From positions 32,237,572 through 32,283,193 of the forward strand of contig NC_069004.1 in NCBI RefSeq assembly GCF_001194135.2: 45,622 nucleotides of DNA, in the 5' to 3' direction. Position 1 is the first letter of the stretch. Each line of letters opens with the position of its first letter. The stretch is from Octopus bimaculoides. Its lineage: Eukaryota. Below the pieces are notes generated by a model, which saw nothing but the letters and a program-made list of their open reading frames with translations, was not told the DNA's origin and did no database searches. A program made the position numbers and the translations under genes. This document shows positions 42,709 through 45,622 of this stretch, one piece after another.

Positions 42709-45138
42709 CTTCAAATACTGAAGAAAGTCGAAACTGTTCCACTCAACAGACATTATTGAGCGTCAAGGAAGAAGCAGCCTCCAAGTAGACATGGCACGGT
42801 GCACTCGAGAGTTCGACACCAAGGGAGGTAATAACAAAACATAAACACTCTCCTGAACTCTCTCACCAATAAAAGCATGCTTCTCTGTGTTAGCGAACAT
42901 AAACACACGACGCCTTGGTATATTCCGCTTTTACTGTCCTAAATTTAATTCGGGTAGAAAAGCGATGCTTCTAAGTTATTTTACAGAGAATAAAATTTGA
43001 AATATAAACGAAAGATAGCCATATTATTATACATTCGAAATGAGAACATCTATCTATTTGTTCGTCTATCTATCTATCTATCTATTAGTTTTTCTATCTA
43101 TCTATCTATCTCCATCCATCCATCTATCTATCCAATTGTTATTACAGAAACATTACATTGTGAGTTCAAATTCCGCGCGGATGCATTTCAGTGTTTCGTC
43201 CCTTTGGGGATAATAATAATAATATTAATAGTAATAAAAGTACCAGACAAGTACTGGAATTCATTGTATCGGCTAATTCCTTCCTTCAAAACTTCAGGAC
43301 TTGCGCCTAAATCAGAAATGACATAACATTATTACTGTTTTCTCGAAAATAAGCTCTTTTATAATATCCATCCAACTATCCATTTTCGCCGCCCTCTTTT
43401 CACGGAAGGGTCGTGGCGATAGAATCTTCTGGTACTTCCTTCATGAAATCCTACGGAGAAAAGAGATCTTTTATAATATAAAGAATATAATCATTGTAAT
43501 AAATCGACAAATACTTGATTGCTACTTTATTTTATTTTAGACTCAACACTCTTCCGGCAGCTCCTGCAACCAAGCTGGTGCCAAACGTAATGCTCTGCAC
43601 TCCTTTGGACTACGTCAGCAAGGTCGAGAGAGGAATCCTGACGATTGGGCTACCCAGGATTTTCTTACATCTAGCCCAGGCCTGCGCAAAACTGGATTTT
43701 ATGCACAACTCCATTGTCTCCCGAGACGAAAGGATGCTAACAACTTTTGTTCTTGGATGGGATATTGTGTTTCCTTTACCTTCAAGTATCAAATTTAGCC
43801 TGAACACCCAGTAATTCGCCTCCATATATAGGATGCTACTAACAGAAATTCCCAAACTGTTATATCCTGGTGTTGGATAAATGATTTAACAAAGTATGGG
43901 GTAAGAAAATACTCACATGACACAATGCTGTTACACAAGGTTAAGCACACTTTACCAACGGCTCACAGTGAACTGCTTCCCCAATTGCTCACAGTTCTTT
44001 ATTTTATAGCAATGTGTCAGTCCACTTTTAGTCACCTGGTGGGTGGTCAGAATTTTTCTACATCACAAACTATCTGTTATTTATCTCCTTAACTTGATAT
44101 ACTTTGTCATTTACTCTCGTGCAAAAATATCTGTGATACTCATAATTACTATTGGTATAAATATGAATTATTTAGACATAGAAGCTGGTGGTTTCAAAGA
44201 AGCTGTTCGTAGTTATCCACTTTCTCATTGATTTTCAAAGAGATACTCACATCAGCAGGGTAGCTAACCTCTGCGACCAAATTTCAGGCCTGGTCCCTAT
44301 GGTAGAAAGAATTATTAATGGTCTGGAAGTGAACTAACAGAATCATTAGCCTGTCTGACAAAATGCTTAGCAGTATTTCTTTTGGCTCTTTACAGTCAGA
44401 GTTCAAATCTTGCTGAAGTCAACATTGTCTTTCGTTTATTTCAGGGCTGGTCAGACAAGGCACCAGTCAAGCAGAAAGGTTAAGCACAAGGGTCAATGTA
44501 ATCAATTTGATCCCTTCCCCTAAAATTACTGACCTTGTTCCAAAAATCAGAAATAACTCTTAATGATTTAAGTGTGCTGGCAGTGGGGTCTGTCTCATTG
44601 CGACCGATATTGGCAGATAAAATACAATTATTGCTTAACTTTGGTGAACTAGATCGAGAAGATCTATGGTCAATGATATTCCAGCTGTACCCGTCCAGTT
44701 TTCCAGGAAATTATTTTGGACTGTACAATCTACCGTATCCTTATTTAAGACGGTCGTTGTGATTTGAGTGGGGTTTAGCTGCTATTTTTAGAGGCTGGAA
44801 TGACCGCCTGTACAAACCTGCCACCTGTGGAAAGTGGTGGTTGGAGAAAAGAGAAAGAAGGGTAGATCACGTGACCAACTGACTTACCTGTCAATGGCGT
44901 CGCGAGTTCAGTTGGAGTGTTTCACCTGTAACTTGTCAACTTTTAAACTAAACCGAACAACCGGAATCGGACACCAACAACATCAACAAGTTGTCTCCCG
45001 ACCCCATTCCCCATCATAGTTATTGCCATTACCTTTCATTTTTAATTCATTTCAGTCAACACCATTCAAACTTTATACAGGAAAGAAAAAGACACTCCCA
45101 AACTGACAACGTCTAATCTGCGATCAGAGAACGAGAAA

Positions 45139-45429
45139 ATGGGCCAGAAAAGATGGCCTATGATTCTTGACTGGATCCTCTTACATATTCTCGTCATCTC
45201 TTGGTGTCCATTGATTTGTTGGGCTGAACTTGTGAAATGCAGAGAACCTTATGGTCGAAGTGAGTTGGAGAAGCGTCACGTCATGACCCACACTACTTAC
45301 GGAACGGTTGAAGGTTTTTCCATACCAGTTCATAACACGCTTCTTAGAGACAGAAGAGTGAATGTCTTTCTTGGCATTCCTTATGCCAAAAGACCTACCG
45401 ACAAGGACCACAAAGAATTTCGCTTCAAG
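45139..45429 (+). CDS. First coding exon of a type-B carboxylesterase / cholinesterase / neuroligin-superfamily protein; gene continues beyond the window
   Basis: Hydrophobic N-terminus (MILDWILLHILVISWCPLICWA), then TTYGTVEG and VNVFLGIPYAKRP...FRFK, typical of the COesterase N-terminus. Donor AAG|GTAAAA after 97 codons. Subfamily cannot be assigned from this exon alone. Confidence 0.9.
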
Positions 45430-45622
45430 GTAAAATATATAAGATAATGATATAATACTATATATATATATTTATTTATTTATTTATGTGTTTCAGCCAA
45501 GTGGCTGCGGTCATGCTGGTGCACCACCGCGTATATATATATATATATATTAGAAAAAATAATAATCAGGTACTCAGATGTCTGGATGGTTGTATATTTA
45601 CAGATTTTTATTCATATGTTTA

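Noticed and set aside
41638-42753. Many overlapping YI/CV/TH-rich ORFs (also 5584-6015, 14340-14567, 30742-31038)
   Set aside because: Translations of (TA)n, (TG)n and (CA)n microsatellites. Only 42640-42708 is coding.
43610-43660. KVERGILTIGLPR resembling the small heat-shock protein GVLTI-LP motif
   Set aside because: Too short, and the upstream alpha-crystallin strands are not recognisable. The block is kept only as unexplained.

Overview
Eukaryotic animal DNA from a gapped scaffold (8 N-runs). It is AT-rich and dense in microsatellites, SINEs and MITEs. The repeat landscape and genes point to an octopod cephalopod (inference; no database search was run). Three protein-coding genes are supported. 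(1) An intronless PGRMC/MAPR cytochrome-b5-like gene (15016-15654, minus). (2) A TAF5L gene (minus), rebuilt by hand as 15 coding exons from 42708 to about 24220; every junction is GT-AG and phase-consistent, and most of the last exon lies in an N-gap. (3) The first coding exon of a type-B carboxylesterase/cholinesterase/neuroligin-superfamily gene (45139-45429, plus), head-to-head with TAF5L. The rest is mobile DNA: a dead RTE-type LINE in TAF5L intron 1, tandem LINE 3-prime ends, several tRNA-derived SINE families, mariner-, piggyBac- and hAT-like MITEs, a 91-bp Helitron and a repeat with a degenerate minimal hammerhead-ribozyme fold. There are no CRISPR arrays, rRNA genes or intact tRNA genes. 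Most six-frame ORFs come from N-gaps, microsatellites or repeats. I cannot support a new multi-gene system. The best leads are the hammerhead-like repeat, the palindrome-rich duplicated module upstream of PGRMC, the unresolved TAF5L/esterase head-to-head interval and the LINE 3-prime-end array.
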